Assembly: GCF_001194135.2 (NCBI RefSeq) | Contig: NC_068985.1 | Span: 60,151,152 to 60,184,055 of the forward strand | DNA: 32,904 bases | Reading direction: 5' to 3' | From: Octopus bimaculoides | Taxonomy: Eukaryota | Shown: one piece after another, positions 32,345 to 32,904 of the stretch | How positions within the stretch are numbered: the first letter of the stretch is position 1 | Layout: every line of letters starts with the position of its first letter | Notes under the pieces: generated by a model | What the model saw: the letters and a program-made list of their open reading frames with translations, nothing else | Told to the model about the DNA's origin: nothing | The model's database searches: none | Position numbers and translations under genes: made by a program

Positions 32345-32686
32345 AGTCTTAAGTATATGTGTATATATATATATATATAAATATATAGTTTTAGGGAAAA
32401 GAACCAAGGTTCATGTATTTCTGTATACTATTCCTTCTTTATGTATATGAGTGTATGAGTGTATTTTTATATATATGTATGTTTATGTAGGTACATGCGT
32501 GTATGTGTATATATATGTTTATGTATATGTATGCATGTGAGTGTGTGTGATTTAGTCTATGTGTTATTATGTATATATATATATGTGTGTATTTATGTAT
32601 ATATGTGTATGTATGTATTTATTTATGTATATGTATATATGAGTGTTTATGTGTATATGTGTGTGTATGTTGTGTGTGTATATACT
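32345..32686. repeat. (TA)/(TG)/(TATG) low-complexity tract
   Basis: Seen directly; interrupted at about 32385-32450. Confidence 0.85.
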
Positions 32687-32904
32687 CTTTACTCTCTTTT
32701 ACTTGTTTCAGTCTTTTGACTGTGGCCATGCTGGAGCACCACCTTTTTAGTCGAGCAAATCGACCCCAGGACTTATTCTTTAGAAGCCTAGTACTTATTC
32801 TATCGATCTCTTTTGCCGAACCGCTAAGTTACGGGGACATAAACACACCAGCATCGGTTGTCAAGCGATGTTGGGGAGACAAATACACACATACAAACAT
32901 ATAC
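32687..32904 (-). mobile_element. SINE (family B), cut by the window end
   Basis: tactcttttacttgtttcagtcttttgactgtggccatgctggagcacc...ttgtcaagcgatgttgggg; highly similar to 16225-16410. Confidence 0.92.

Overview
AT-rich, repeat-dense eukaryotic DNA with three assembly gaps (7490-7674, 10982-11355, 12060-12069). The repeat families look like those of an octopus/coleoid cephalopod genome (inferred from recalled repeat sequences, not a search). No intact, nameable gene is recognisable. Most of the ORF track is microsatellite, N-run or antisense-transposon artefact. Well-supported content: many RTE-clade LINE remnants with (GAT)n tails, including endonuclease-side and RT C-terminal coding fragments; several tRNA-type SINE families; a Tx1/L1-type LINE 3' end inside a (GATA)n tract; two mariner derivatives, one built from two left ends; a TTAA-flanked MITE; Helitron-like termini; a decayed Ty3/Gypsy element whose 3' LTR is split by a 1.25-kb insert; and a 33-34 bp minisatellite. 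The best leads beyond transposons are all tentative: a 45-bp-stem hairpin at 11462-11580, a minus-strand signal-peptide-like exon at 28852-28906, and a phase-compatible chain of minus-strand exon candidates at 1086-4371. I see no evidence for a novel multi-gene system. Most repeat boundaries are approximate (about 10-30 bp).
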